In this document: piece after piece, positions 18,592-29,059 of the stretch
Position numbering within the stretch: the stretch's first letter is position 1
How the letters are laid out: every line of letters starts with the position of its first letter
Made by a program: the position numbers and the translations under genes
Assembly: GCA_963806225.1 (NCBI GenBank)
Contig: CAWDXG010000004.1
Coordinates: 5,120,001 to 5,184,000, forward strand
Direction of reading: 5' to 3'
Length of the DNA stretch: 64,000 nt
Source of the DNA: an uncultured delta proteobacterium
GTDB taxonomy: Bacteria; Myxococcota_A; Polyangia; Polyangiales; Polyangiaceae
Notes under the pieces: model-generated
Told to the model about the DNA's origin: nothing
Database searches by the model: none
What the model saw: only the letters and a program-made list of their open reading frames with translations

Positions 18592-20193
18592 ATGGCGGAC
18601 CGCACGAGGCGCGAGCGCCTTCTGACGTTCCTGCTCCTGCCGGTGATCGTCCTGGCGGCGCTGGTGCTGGAAGGGGTGACCTTCCGCAACAGCTTCCAGT
18701 TGGAGAAGCTGCGCGAGCAGTCCGTCGTCGAGGCCACGCTGCTGCTCGCCAACGAGAAGGCTGACCGTCTCGACAAGCGCATCATCGAGCAGGACAACGC
18801 CGTCGCCTCCGTCATCGACCCGGACGATCGACAGCACTTCGGCGCTGACTGGTTGAAGGTCGCTGTGCGCCAGACCCCGTCGGTGCGCGCCGTGCTGGTC
18901 GTGGACCTGAGCTCGCCAGCGCACGACGTGGTGGCGTTCGCGTCGCGCGCGCCGGGGCCGGATGACGAGCGATTCCGGCGCCTTCTGGTCGGCACCATGC
19001 TCGCCGACATGAAGCTGGACCAGGCTCCGCGCCGCCAGCTCCGCCACCTGCACAAGACGTATCGCGGCGCGAGCTATCTGGTCAGCTACTGGCAACGCGA
19101 TCTGCATCACCGGCGTTACCTGGTCTGCGCCTGGCACGACGTTCCGCGCATCGTGCACGACCTTTTTCCCGCGCTCTATTCCGACCACGACCAGCAGAGC
19201 CGCGTGAACGTGGTCGACAGCGAGGGGCGCATCATCTACGGGCCGCCGCTCAGCCGAGGCGGCTTCACCCTCGGCCGTCACTTCCAGACCACGCTGTACA
19301 AGTGGCGCCTGAACGTCACGATGACCTCGGCCGAGGAGCTCGCCGCCGCCGTCGCGCGCCGCCGCGTGCTGGAGATGGTGATGGTCGGCCTATCCGGCCT
19401 CGTCGTGATCGCGGGCCTGATCGTGGTCCTGGTCGCCGCGGCGCGCGAGCGCAAACTGTCCAACCTCAAGAGCGACTTCGTGGCCAACGTGTCGCACGAG
19501 CTGAAGACGCCGCTGTCGCTGGTGCGTATGTTCGGCGAGCTGCTCTCGAGCGGGCGCGTCGAGAGCGAGGAGAAACGGAGACAGTATCTCCAGATCATCA
19601 CGACCGAGAGCGAGCGACTGAGCGCGCTCATCGAGAACGTGCTGGATTTCGCCAAGGTGGAGCGGGGCAAGGCGGCCTACGAGTTCAGCGACGGCAGCGT
19701 GGGCGAAGTCGTGACCCGGGCCGTGGATGCGTGTCGCGTGCGCGCAGAGCGCGAGAACACAGCGCTGGAACTCGAGATCGAGGATCAGCTCCCGGCGGTG
19801 AAGCTCGACGAGCGCGCCATCGAGATCGCGGTCATCAACCTGGTCGACAACGCGCTCAAATACGCGCCGGACTCGCGAACCATCCGCGTTTCCGTGAAGC
19901 GCGCCGACGGTCGCATCGAGATCCGCGTCACCGACGAGGGCGACGGGATCCACGCCGACGACAGAAAGCGCATCTTCGATCGTTTCGTACGCGGCAGGGG
20001 CGCGTCCGACAACCAGGTCCGCGGTAGCGGAATCGGCCTTGCGCTGGTCAAACACATCGCCGAGGCGCACGGCGGGCGCGCCTGGGTAGAGCCGACCCGC
20101 CCGCACGGAAGCAGCTTCGGCATCTCGATCCGCGTCGATGGAGCCCGCGCGAGCTCGGCCTCCCCCGCCCGGGAGTCGCCGAGCACGGCGTAG
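18592..20193 (+). CDS. membrane sensor histidine kinase
   Basis: Two TMs; H-box VSHELKTPL, N-box NLVDNALKY, DEGDGI, IFDRF, GSGIGL. Confidence 0.95.
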   Translation: MADRTRRERLLTFLLLPVIVLAALVLEGVTFRNSFQLEKLREQSVVEATLLLANEKADRLDKRIIEQDNAVASVIDPDDRQHFGADWLKVAVRQTPSVRAVLVVDLSSPAHDVVAFASRAPGPDDERFRRLLVGTMLADMKLDQAPRRQLRHLHKTYRGASYLVSYWQRDLHHRRYLVCAWHDVPRIVHDLFPALYSDHDQQSRVNVVDSEGRIIYGPPLSRGGFTLGRHFQTTLYKWRLNVTMTSAEELAAAVARRRVLEMVMVGLSGLVVIAGLIVVLVAAARERKLSNLKSDFVANVSHELKTPLSLVRMFGELLSSGRVESEEKRRQYLQIITTESERLSALIENVLDFAKVERGKAAYEFSDGSVGEVVTRAVDACRVRAERENTALELEIEDQLPAVKLDERAIEIAVINLVDNALKYAPDSRTIRVSVKRADGRIEIRVTDEGDGIHADDRKRIFDRFVRGRGASDNQVRGSGIGLALVKHIAEAHGGRAWVEPTRPHGSSFGISIRVDGARASSASPARESPSTA

Positions 20194-20197
20194 GCCG

Positions 20198-22276
20198 CTA
20201 CTTCGACACTTCGCCGTCGTCAGTCGCCGACTGCAGCTTCAAGAGCTCCTTGTCGGTCAGGTATACCGCGCTCGTCTTGCCGGCGGGCTTGGCGGGCGCC
20301 GCGGGCGCGGCCTGCGACGGGGCGCTCGGCTGCTCCGGCGGCCCGGGCGCTGCCGCGACGGTGTTTCCGGGATCGCCTTCGTCGGCGCCCGGCGGCTCGG
20401 CCGCCGTGGGCTCGGCCTGAGCCGGCGCCTCGGCCGGCGCTTCTGCCACCTTGGGCGATGGCGCTTCCGGCAGCGGGATCGCGTCGAGCATCGCGTCGTA
20501 CTTCGACTTCACCTTGGCAAAGGCGTCGCGCTCGTCCGCGGGCAGAACACGCATGCTGTCCGGCTTGAGCTTCATCGCATCGAAGAACTTGCCGTCCTTC
20601 TTGGCGATCCAGTGCAGGTGCGGGCCGGTGGAGCGCCCCGTGGAGCCGACGTAGCCGATCACCTGGAAGCGCTTGACGTGATCGCCCACCTTCAGCCCAT
20701 CCGCAAAGCGGACCAGGTGCGCGTATCCCGTCTCGATCCCTCCCGAATGTTTGAGCATCACCAGGTTGCCGGTGGCGCCGCTGCCGGTCATGCGTTCGAC
20801 CACGCCATAGGACGACGCGTGCACCGGCGTGCCGATGGGCGCGCCGATGTCGGTGCCGAGATGCGGCATGATCCTGTGCAGGATGGGATGCATGCGATGC
20901 AGATTGAACGGGGAGGTGACGTGCGCGCCCGGGATCGGGAAGCGCCAGCCGCCCGAGAAGGGCGACTTGCCGCTCTCGTCGTAGTAGCCCGCGTTGTTGT
21001 GCGAATCCCGGTAGTAGTAGAAGCGCTCCGGCTTGCCCTTGACGGGCCGGTACTCCACCGCCTCGATGCCGGCGTAGCCGTTGAACTCGCCGAGTACCGT
21101 GACTTCCTGCGCGACGACCCGGAACATGTCGCCGGGCGACAGGTCGTCCATGTCCATGTGCCCGTGCAGGGCGTCGTCCAGCGCGTGGTACAGGCCCTTT
21201 CCGAAGCCGGCGGCCGCGGCCGAGTCGTCGACGTTCTTGCCGTTGTACGCGAACGCGCCCTTCACCTCGGCGCGCTCGACGTGCAGGTCGAGCTTCTTGG
21301 CCTGCAGCGCACCGTTCTTGTCTGCCCGCGCCTGGTACACCTCTTCCTTCGAGACGATGTACTCGAACGCCGTGAGCTCCTTGGTGGAGCGTTTGAGCGC
21401 CGCTTCGAACCTGTCGTGTGGCCCGCACTTGTCCAGGTTCACCAGATCCTTCAGCGCATGCAGCACGGCGTAGGCCTGGCTCTTGTCGAGCCCCTTGTCC
21501 TGGATGACCTTGAGGAAGGGGTCGCGTCCGATCTCGCCCCCGATGACCCGGTAGCTGGAGTCGCCCTTCAGATCGTCGATGCGCCAGGGGCCAGGGAGCT
21601 TCTTGTGCTTTTGCCTGGGCGCGGGAGCGCTGTGGGGAGTTGCCGCGGCGCTCGCCGGCACCGCGGCGCGGGTGGCGACCGCCCGCGTTCCCGGATGGAC
21701 CGCGGGGTGCAGGTGGATCATCAGCGCGATCAGCGAGGCCACCGTCGCGAGCCCGAGCAGCGTTCCGAACACGGCGACCATGGCTGGCGACAGATGCGGT
21801 CCGCCGCTGTGCAGCAGTGGCGCGGCCGGCGGGCGCGCGGCCCGCGCTCCCGCGCCGACCAGATCGAGCTCCATGTCGAGGGGCCGCGCGGCCGGAGGAT
21901 GCTCGCGCCCGATCTCGTCCAGGTTGCCGTGTACCGCTGCGGTGCGCGCCCCCAGCTTCTCGGCGCGCTCCCGCCGGTTGGCGGCCGCACGGGCAAGCAG
22001 CTTGTCACGAACCGGGTGGCCGCCCTCGTGAACAGCGGCGGGAGCGTCCGCGGCGGCAGGGGGTGGCGTCGCCGAGCGCGCGCTCTCTTCGGCCGTGCGG
22101 GTGTCCCCGGCGTCGACGCGCGGCTCCGGCGCCGCGGCGCCGGCTTCCTCGTCCGGCGCCGCGGCGGCGTCCGGCTCGAGCTCCAGCGCCGGTTCCGTGG
22201 CGCCGTCGTCGCGGGCCAACGGATCCACGACCCGGCCGATGTGACGCGGGCCGTCCGCTTCCGGTGAAGACGCCAC
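20198..22276 (-). CDS. M23 family metallopeptidase (peptidoglycan endopeptidase-like)
   Basis: TM anchor; RMHPIL, HLGTD, YAHL, GSTGRSTGPHLH. Confidence 0.9.
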   Translation of the reverse strand: MASSPEADGPRHIGRVVDPLARDDGATEPALELEPDAAAAPDEEAGAAAPEPRVDAGDTRTAEESARSATPPPAAADAPAAVHEGGHPVRDKLLARAAANRRERAEKLGARTAAVHGNLDEIGREHPPAARPLDMELDLVGAGARAARPPAAPLLHSGGPHLSPAMVAVFGTLLGLATVASLIALMIHLHPAVHPGTRAVATRAAVPASAAATPHSAPAPRQKHKKLPGPWRIDDLKGDSSYRVIGGEIGRDPFLKVIQDKGLDKSQAYAVLHALKDLVNLDKCGPHDRFEAALKRSTKELTAFEYIVSKEEVYQARADKNGALQAKKLDLHVERAEVKGAFAYNGKNVDDSAAAAGFGKGLYHALDDALHGHMDMDDLSPGDMFRVVAQEVTVLGEFNGYAGIEAVEYRPVKGKPERFYYYRDSHNNAGYYDESGKSPFSGGWRFPIPGAHVTSPFNLHRMHPILHRIMPHLGTDIGAPIGTPVHASSYGVVERMTGSGATGNLVMLKHSGGIETGYAHLVRFADGLKVGDHVKRFQVIGYVGSTGRSTGPHLHWIAKKDGKFFDAMKLKPDSMRVLPADERDAFAKVKSKYDAMLDAIPLPEAPSPKVAEAPAEAPAQAEPTAAEPPGADEGDPGNTVAAAPGPPEQPSAPSQAAPAAPAKPAGKTSAVYLTDKELLKLQSATDDGEVSK

Positions 22277-22344
22277 GGAGCGCTGGTAGCAGCCGTCAGG
22301 GGAAGCGGCAAGGCGACCCGGAGTTGACTGGGAGGCCCGAAGCG

Positions 22345-22385
22345 TGGCAAAATGCTACAACTTTGTGACATTTCGCTACACTTTG
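22345..22385. promoter_or_regulatory. AT-rich imperfect direct repeat, candidate operator
   Basis: TGGCAAAATGCTACAACTTTG followed by TGACATTTCGCTACACTTTG in a divergent intergenic region. Confidence 0.4.
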
Positions 22386-22623
22386 CCCCTCCCGTGGCCG
22401 CGCGGAGGCCGGAGGCCGAGCACGGACGCCGGGGAGGGGCCGGCGCGCGCAGGGCCCGGAGGGCCCGAGCACGGCGGGGGGTGGGCAACCGCCTGCGCCG
22501 AGCCGGTGTCGACTCGCCGCTTGGTTTCCACCACACTCGCGAGGCACCCTGCGAAGTCCGCGCCGCCTGGGTTATGAACGTGGGTCCGGCGTCGCGCCGG
22601 ACCAGCATGAGGAAACTGCCGAG

Positions 22624-23376
22624 ATGGACGACCACACCAAGCAGCTGCTTCTGCTCGGGCGCGAGCACTACGAAAAGCGCGAGTTCGAAAAGGCGGAATA
22701 TCTGCTCAAGCAGGTGGTGGACAAGACGGACCGCTTCGCGGACGTGTTCGACATGCTCGGGGTGATCGCGCACAGCAAGGGCGATTTCACCAAGGCCCAG
22801 CAGCACTTCGAGAAGGCGATCCAGCTGAATCCGAACTACACCGAAGCGCAGCTCAACCTGATGGTCACCTACAACGACCTCGGGAAGTACGAGGCCGCGC
22901 GCGAGATCTATTCGAACATCCGCTCGCGCGACGCGGGCGACCGGCGCGCCGATCCTTTTGCCAAGGGCAAGATAGCGAACATGCACGCGGAGATCAGCCA
23001 GGCGTACCAGGACGCAGGCATGACCATCCAGGCGATCGAGGAGCTGGAAAAGGCCGTGGGGCTGTGTCCCGGCTTTGCGGATCTGCGCACGCGTCTCGGC
23101 ATCCTCTTGCGCGACACCGGCGACGCCGTGCGCGCCCGCGAGGAGTTCGAGGCCGCCAAGAAGGCGAATCCGAAATATCTGCAGGCGCGCCTGGCGCTGG
23201 GCGTACTGCTCTTGAGCGCGGGCAATCGCGACGAGGCCAAGGCCGAGTTCAACGCGGTGCTCGAGCACGATCCGGACAACAAGAGCGCACAGATGTATCT
23301 GCGCATCGCTGCCGCCCGCGAAACGCTCAAGACCATCCCTCCCGCCGATCCGGACGACAAGAACCAGGGATCCTGA
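22624..23376 (+). CDS. tetratricopeptide repeat protein
   Basis: Repeated TPR patterns (LGVIAH...FEKAIQLNPNY; LEKAVGLCPGF; FNAVLEHDPDN). Confidence 0.88.
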   Translation: MDDHTKQLLLLGREHYEKREFEKAEYLLKQVVDKTDRFADVFDMLGVIAHSKGDFTKAQQHFEKAIQLNPNYTEAQLNLMVTYNDLGKYEAAREIYSNIRSRDAGDRRADPFAKGKIANMHAEISQAYQDAGMTIQAIEELEKAVGLCPGFADLRTRLGILLRDTGDAVRAREEFEAAKKANPKYLQARLALGVLLLSAGNRDEAKAEFNAVLEHDPDNKSAQMYLRIAAARETLKTIPPADPDDKNQGS

Positions 23377-24488
23377 TGGGAGCGGACGCCTCGCTGGTAG
23401 CGGAGCAGCCGGGGCTGCGCGCGCAGTTCGGTCGGCTGTGGCACCGACTGCGCGGCGGCGAGCTGTCGCGCGGCCGCACCGCCGCGTCGGTCTCGGTGGG
23501 GCTCTTCATCGGATCGCTGCCGCTCTACGGTCTGCACCTGCCGCTGTGTCTGGCCGTGTGTGTGCCGCTCAGGCTGGACGCGGTCGTGGCGTATCTGGCG
23601 GCGAACATCTCCAATCCGCTGTTCGCGCCGTTCCTCGTCATGAGCGAGGTGGAGGTCGGGTCGCTGCTGCTCACGGGGCACGCCGTTCCGTACGACCTGG
23701 CGAAGGCGCGCCACACGGGCTTCTCCGGCTTCATGCTGCAGGCCGGCGTCGGCTCGATCGTGGTGGGCGCGGTGCTCGCCGCCCTGGGCGCCCTGATCGT
23801 GGTCCTGGTAGCGCGACGCCGCGCCGCACGGCAGACCGAGCTGTCACAGGCCGTCGATCGCACGATCCGGCGCTACCGCGATGCGCATCGGCGCCACCGC
23901 GTCTATGTGACGCTCAAGCTCAGGAGCGATCCGGTCGTGCAGGCGCTGGCCGCGTTGCCAGGTTCGTTCGGCAGTGTGCTGGACGCGGGCGCGGGGCGCG
24001 GGCAGTTCGGCTTGCTGCTGATGGAGCTCGGGCGCGCGGACGCCGTCCGGGGATTCGATCTGGAAGCCGAAAAGGTCGGCGCGGCGAACATCGCGGCGGG
24101 CGGCGAGGCGAGCTTCGAGCAAGGGGACCTCAGCACGGCGCGCTTCGCCGAGAGCGACACGGTGCTGCTGCTCGACGTGCTGCACTATCTGCCGCGTCCC
24201 GATCAGGACTCGGTGCTTGAACGGGCCGCGGCGGCGGTGCGCCCGGGTGGACGACTGATCGTGCGCGAGGTCGGGCGCGGGGCGGGCAGCTTCTTCACGA
24301 AGTTCTTCGAGCGCATCGGCAAGCGCCTGGAGATGAACCGCGGGCGGACGCTCGAGTTCCGGGCTCTCGACGAGACCATCGACCGGCTCGAAAGGCTCGG
24401 CCTTTCCTGCCGCTTCGAGGACGCCTCGCACGGCACGCCCATGTCGAACGCCCTGATCGTGGCGGAACGTCCTAGCGCCGGAACCTGA
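23376..24488 (+). CDS. DUF2062-like membrane domain fused to class I SAM-dependent methyltransferase
   Basis: N-terminal GLFIGSLPLYG...ANISNP; C-terminal VLDAGAGRG, LLDVLHYL, VRPGGRLIVRE; ATG overlaps the upstream stop (TGATG). Confidence 0.78.
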   Translation: MGADASLVAEQPGLRAQFGRLWHRLRGGELSRGRTAASVSVGLFIGSLPLYGLHLPLCLAVCVPLRLDAVVAYLAANISNPLFAPFLVMSEVEVGSLLLTGHAVPYDLAKARHTGFSGFMLQAGVGSIVVGAVLAALGALIVVLVARRRAARQTELSQAVDRTIRRYRDAHRRHRVYVTLKLRSDPVVQALAALPGSFGSVLDAGAGRGQFGLLLMELGRADAVRGFDLEAEKVGAANIAAGGEASFEQGDLSTARFAESDTVLLLDVLHYLPRPDQDSVLERAAAAVRPGGRLIVREVGRGAGSFFTKFFERIGKRLEMNRGRTLEFRALDETIDRLERLGLSCRFEDASHGTPMSNALIVAERPSAGT

Positions 24489-25173
24489 CGCTGACGTTCG
24501 GGTAGCCGAGGGAGTGGACAAGGCTCTCGACGGTGCGTTTCACGCTGGCTTCGGCGATGGGCAGGATGCGCGACTTCTTCGCGGCCTCGACGATGCTCTT
24601 TTCGGCTTCCTGCCGCGCCCGGGTCTCCAGGTTCTGCTTGCGCTGGGCGAGCAGGTCCGTCTCCCGGGAGTGGACGTAGGTATGCTCGTTGTCGAGCCGG
24701 TGGGAGAGGATCTCCGCCGGCGGCAGCGTGATCTCGGCCGTGCCCTTGTCGCGGTCGATCTTCACGTCGCCGCTGCCGAGGGCGGAGAGGTCCACGCCGG
24801 CGGTCACGTCGCCCGCAGCCACGAGCAGGATGGCGTCCTTGGCGTGGATCAGCCCGAAGAAGCGCGACTGCTTCTCCGTCAGATCGATCACCTTCTCGAT
24901 GTGGAAACGAGCGCCTTCGATGTTGGACAGCTCGCGGATTGCGGTGACTACGCTCGGCGTGCCGCGCACGACGGTGACCGACGCAGCGGGCTTCGGCGGC
25001 GCGGGTTTCGAGCAGCGCCCCAGAACCGCGCCGAGGCCGACCGCGATCAGCACGAGCATGCCGAACATCACGGCGCCCAGCGGTTTCAGACATCCCGCAG
25101 CGGATGGGTGCGGCGTAGGGGTGTCCCCCTGCGTTGGCGTGCTGGGTGGCGGCCCGTAGTCCCCGGCGCTCAT
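24472..25173 (-). CDS. DUF4230-like membrane-anchored protein
   Basis: Single TM, then LVAAGDVTAGVDLS...ITLPPAEIL...AEASVK...LGY pattern. Confidence 0.72.
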   Translation of the reverse strand: MSAGDYGPPPSTPTQGDTPTPHPSAAGCLKPLGAVMFGMLVLIAVGLGAVLGRCSKPAPPKPAASVTVVRGTPSVVTAIRELSNIEGARFHIEKVIDLTEKQSRFFGLIHAKDAILLVAAGDVTAGVDLSALGSGDVKIDRDKGTAEITLPPAEILSHRLDNEHTYVHSRETDLLAQRKQNLETRARQEAEKSIVEAAKKSRILPIAEASVKRTVESLVHSLGYPNVSVRFRR

Positions 25174-25919
25174 GTCCCTATGGATACAGCTTCCGGGTCG
25201 AGCGCGCCCGTCGAGTGATCGGAGAGCGCGGAAACGTCCGCATCCAGCACACTGCCGAGGAGCTCCAGAGCGCGGCCAGCGCTCTGCTGCACGTCGGGGG
25301 CTTTGCCCGTGAGCGACTGGACGGAGGCGACGCCGTGCTGGCTGATGCCACAGGGGACGATCAGCCCGAACAGCTCGAGATCGGTGGTGAGGTTGAGCGC
25401 GAAGCCGTGCATCGTGACCCAGCGCGAGATGCGGACGCCGATGGCGCCCAGCTTGGCCAGGCTCCGGGCGGCGTGCTCGCCCGGCCAGTGATCGATCGAG
25501 CCGGGGTCGACCCACAGCCCCACCAGCGACTCGACACTGCCGGCGTCGATGCCGTGATCGGCGGCCAGGCGCCGCATGCTCTCGCTGAGGTCGCGCACGT
25601 AGCGCCGCACGTCGCAGCGGTCCGGCGACAGATCGATGATCGGATAGCAGACGAGCTGGCCGGGTGCGTGAAGCGTGACGTCGCCGCCGCGGCCGGTGGC
25701 GACCAGATCCACGCCGCGCGCGGCCAGGAGCTCCTCGGGGACCAGCAGGTTCTCGGCGTGCGCTCCGCGGCCGAGCGTGACGACCGGTTCGTGCTCGAGC
25801 AGGAGCACGGTGTCGCCGATGCGTCCTTCGCGCCGCGCCTCGTGCAGGGCCTTCTGCAGATCGTGCACCGGCTCGTAGCGGCGGCGCCCCAGCCAGATCC
25901 CGTGGAGCCTGCGCCTCAC
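25170..25919 (-). CDS. lipB: lipoyl(octanoyl) transferase
   Basis: LEHEPVVTLG, RGGDVTLHAPGQLVCYP, KLGAIG, HGFALN, IVPCGI. Confidence 0.95.
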   Translation of the reverse strand: MRRRLHGIWLGRRRYEPVHDLQKALHEARREGRIGDTVLLLEHEPVVTLGRGAHAENLLVPEELLAARGVDLVATGRGGDVTLHAPGQLVCYPIIDLSPDRCDVRRYVRDLSESMRRLAADHGIDAGSVESLVGLWVDPGSIDHWPGEHAARSLAKLGAIGVRISRWVTMHGFALNLTTDLELFGLIVPCGISQHGVASVQSLTGKAPDVQQSAGRALELLGSVLDADVSALSDHSTGALDPEAVSIGT

Positions 25920-25934
25920 GTTGCCCTCCGGCGC

Positions 25935-27434
25935 CTACTCGGGGACCTTGTCGCCCAGGTCCCTCTGCTCCTCGCGCAGCTGCTCGATCTTCTCGGTGAA
26001 GGTGCCGGAGATGTCCGGGTCGAACTGCGTGCCGGAGCAGCGGATGATCTCGTTGACGGTCACCTCGTGCGGCAGTGCGCGGCGGTAGGCGCGATCGCTG
26101 GTCATCGCGTCGTAGGTGTCCGCCACCGAGATGATGCGGGCGATGAGCGGGATCTCCTGGCCGGCCAGGCCCAGCGGATAGCCGCGCCCGTCCCAGCGCT
26201 CGTGGTGCAGGTGGACGCCGGGGATGACCGGCTCGAGGAACTTGATGGGGTCGAGGATCTCCCGGCCGTAGACCGGGTGCTTCTTGAAGATCTCGTACTC
26301 TTCCTGCGTGAGCTTGCCCGGCTTGTTCAGGTTCATCACGCAGCCGACCTTGCCGATGTCGTGCATCAGCGCGGAGTGGCGGACCACATCGATGGTGTCC
26401 TCGGACAGGCCCAGCCAGCGCGCAAGCGCCACGGCGTAGCGAGCCACGCGTTCCGAATGGCCGGCGGTGTAGCGATCCATCTTGTCGATGGTGCGGGCCA
26501 GGCTCTGGATCGTCTGCTGGAACGTGGCCTGCAGATCCTCGTACAGGCGCGCGTTCTCGATGGCCGCGGCGGCGCGCGAGGCGACGATGCTGAGCATCTT
26601 GCGCTGGCCCTCGTCGAAGCGCTTGCTCGCCGTGAGCGAGACCACGCCGATCCAGCCGATCAACCTCTCGCGCATCTTGAGCGGAACGAGCGCGACGCTC
26701 GACACCGGCCGCTCCGGCAGGAGCTCGAACAGGCCGGCGGCGCGCGCGCCGTGCTCCATCACTTGCTCGCCGCGCGCCAGGCGCGCCGAGATGACTTTCG
26801 CGTCGAGCCGCCCTGGATCCAGGCTCGCGGGCAACGCCGTGCTCTGCTGCACGCTGCGCTCGACGTACCCGCCCTCGCCGTCCTCGAGCCAGGTCGCGAC
26901 GACATCCGCGCGGATCTCGTTCACCGCGCTGTCGGCGACCGTCGCGATGACTTCCTCCAGCGACAGGCTTGCGGCGATGGCCTCGCTGACCTTGTACAGC
27001 GAGAGCGCCTCGCGCAGCCGGAGGTTCTCCGCGGCCAGCCGCCGCTTCTCCAGGCCGCGCTGGACGATGTGGACGATCTCCTCGACCTTGAACGGCTTGA
27101 GGATGTAGTCGTACGCGCCGCGCTTCATCGCGTCGATCGCCGTCTCGACCGTTCCGAATCCGGTCATGATGACCGTGAGCGTGTCGGGGTGGGTGCGCGC
27201 GACCTCCTTCAGGAGCTCGAGCCCGCCCATGCGCGGCATCTTGAGGTCGCTGATGACCATGTCGTAGCGCGCGCGGCTGAGTTCGTTGACGGCGCTGGAG
27301 CCGTCCTCGGCCGTGCGGACGATGTACCCCTCCATGCCGAGGAAGTCGGCGAGGATGTCGCGGATGAACTTCTCGTCGTCGACGACAAGAACGCGCGGCT
27401 TTTCTTCGGATGTTCCGGGGTCCGACTCGGACAT
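25935..27434 (-). CDS. response regulator with GAF and HD-GYP phosphodiesterase domains
   Basis: REC (VVDDE, ISDLKMP, KPF), GAF-like middle, HSERVA, HDIGK, HHERWDGRGYP, ADTYDAM. Confidence 0.93.
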   Translation of the reverse strand: MSESDPGTSEEKPRVLVVDDEKFIRDILADFLGMEGYIVRTAEDGSSAVNELSRARYDMVISDLKMPRMGGLELLKEVARTHPDTLTVIMTGFGTVETAIDAMKRGAYDYILKPFKVEEIVHIVQRGLEKRRLAAENLRLREALSLYKVSEAIAASLSLEEVIATVADSAVNEIRADVVATWLEDGEGGYVERSVQQSTALPASLDPGRLDAKVISARLARGEQVMEHGARAAGLFELLPERPVSSVALVPLKMRERLIGWIGVVSLTASKRFDEGQRKMLSIVASRAAAAIENARLYEDLQATFQQTIQSLARTIDKMDRYTAGHSERVARYAVALARWLGLSEDTIDVVRHSALMHDIGKVGCVMNLNKPGKLTQEEYEIFKKHPVYGREILDPIKFLEPVIPGVHLHHERWDGRGYPLGLAGQEIPLIARIISVADTYDAMTSDRAYRRALPHEVTVNEIIRCSGTQFDPDISGTFTEKIEQLREEQRDLGDKVPE

Positions 27435-27608
27435 CGATCGAGGGAATACTAGACTAACAGATTGCGGGGCGTGCGTCGGGGACTGCGGTCGGGCGAGTAG
27501 CGCTGGAACTCCAGCCGGGCCACCACGCGGGGTCTAGCCCGGCGCGGCCTGCTTGGCCAGGCTCTGTCGGTATGATGGGGTGGGGACCACCACCCCCCCG
27601 GGGCTTGG

Positions 27609-28205
27609 TCAGCTCCGCTGGCCCAGAAGCCCGCCCAGCGAGCGGCGCGGCGGTTCCGGGTCGTGGGTCTTGAGGTAGAGCAGATTGAGCCCGTTGATGA
27701 GCGCATGGGCCACCAGTGGGCCCACCAACGAGCCGGTGAGCTCGAAGATGGCTCCGAGCGCCAGGCCGACCAGCATGGCCCAGCCGACCCAGACCCAGCG
27801 GCTGCGACCGCGGACCTGGTGCATCACGCCGAACAGCAGCGCCTGGGGGATGAGCCCGAGCCACGGCTGCAGCAGGCCCCGGAACAGGAGCTCCTCGCCG
27901 AGCGCGCTCAGGATTGCCACGACCAGGATGCCGGTACCGCTGATTCCTCGTGCGATCGGTCTGAGTTCCTGGTGCAGCCCGCGCGCCCAGGCGAAGCGCG
28001 GCACGAGCAGGCGGGTCCCCAGCGCGACCAGAACGCCGAACACGACCCCGAGCGCCAAGCTGTACGAATGGCTGGCGGGAGCGTCGAGCCGGAGCCACGG
28101 GGACGGGTACATGAACGGCGAGCCGCTGCGCCACACCACGGCAATCACCGCCGCACAGACACCCAGGAACGCATAGGCGGCAGCGAACCGGCCCCACCGG
28201 ATCAT
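27609..28205 (-). CDS. CPBP (Abi/CAAX) family intramembrane metalloprotease
   Basis: EELLFRG, FGVMH, AHALIN motifs; start at MIRWGRF. Confidence 0.88.
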   Translation of the reverse strand: MIRWGRFAAAYAFLGVCAAVIAVVWRSGSPFMYPSPWLRLDAPASHSYSLALGVVFGVLVALGTRLLVPRFAWARGLHQELRPIARGISGTGILVVAILSALGEELLFRGLLQPWLGLIPQALLFGVMHQVRGRSRWVWVGWAMLVGLALGAIFELTGSLVGPLVAHALINGLNLLYLKTHDPEPPRRSLGGLLGQRS

Positions 28206-28308
28206 CGTGTTCCGACTATGGCACGCGACGCGGGCCAGCGCACCCTGGGAGTGCGATCGGCAAGCAGGTTGTTGGCGCAGAGGTATCCGGAGTACGCTGC
28301 TGCCCGCG

Positions 28309-29019
28309 GTGGAAAGGGCGCACGATTCACCCGAGGTGCTCGAGCGGTTCAACGCGTCGCTCGACCTGGTCGACATCATCGCCCGGCAGGTGGCGCGGTC
28401 CATCGGTTCGGCGGTGGAGTTCGACGACCTGGCGGGGTTCGGGCGCGAAGGTCTGCTTGACGCCGCCCGGCGTTTCGATCCGGCGCGGGGCGTCCCGTTC
28501 CGGTCCTATGCGAACTATCGGGTGCGCGGGGCGGTGCTCGACGGCGTGCGCGCCATGTCCCGTCTGCCGCGGCGCGCCCACGAGCGGATCAACGGGCTGC
28601 GCGCCGCGGCCCGCGTGAGCGAGGGCGCTCTGGAGGACGCGGCCCAGCCGCCACCGCCGGGCTCCACCGCGGCCGACGCAGAGCGAGGCCTGGGCGAACA
28701 CCTGGCCGCGATGGCCACGGCCATGGCCGTGGGGCTCGTGGCCCCCGCCGGCCACGGCGAGGACGGCGAGCTCACGACGGTTTCCACGGAGGACAGCCCC
28801 GAGGCCGCCACCGCGCGCGCCGAGCTTCTAGCCTTGGTCCGCGAGGCGATCGGCGGCCTGCCGTTCCAGGAGGCGGAGCTCGTGCGGCGCCACTACCTCG
28901 AAGGCGAGCGCTTCGACCACGTCGCCCAGGATCTGGGGCTGAGCAAGTCCTGGGCGAGCCGCCTGCACACGCGGGCGATCGGGCGTCTCGGCAAGCGGCT
29001 GCGCGGCGTGGCCGATTGA
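28309..29019 (+). CDS. FliA/WhiG-like sigma-70 family sigma factor
   Basis: DDLAGFGREGLLDAARRFDP, FRSYANYRVRGAVLD, region 4 LGLSKSWASRLH; GTG start estimated. Confidence 0.85.
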   Translation: MERAHDSPEVLERFNASLDLVDIIARQVARSIGSAVEFDDLAGFGREGLLDAARRFDPARGVPFRSYANYRVRGAVLDGVRAMSRLPRRAHERINGLRAAARVSEGALEDAAQPPPPGSTAADAERGLGEHLAAMATAMAVGLVAPAGHGEDGELTTVSTEDSPEAATARAELLALVREAIGGLPFQEAELVRRHYLEGERFDHVAQDLGLSKSWASRLHTRAIGRLGKRLRGVAD

Positions 29020-29059
29020 AAAGCGCGCAACCCGGGCGTGGCGTGGCCGAGGGCGGGTC

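Noticed and set aside
28219..28236. TGGCACG as a sigma54 promoter for the sigma gene
   Set aside because: No GC at the required GG-N10-GC spacing.
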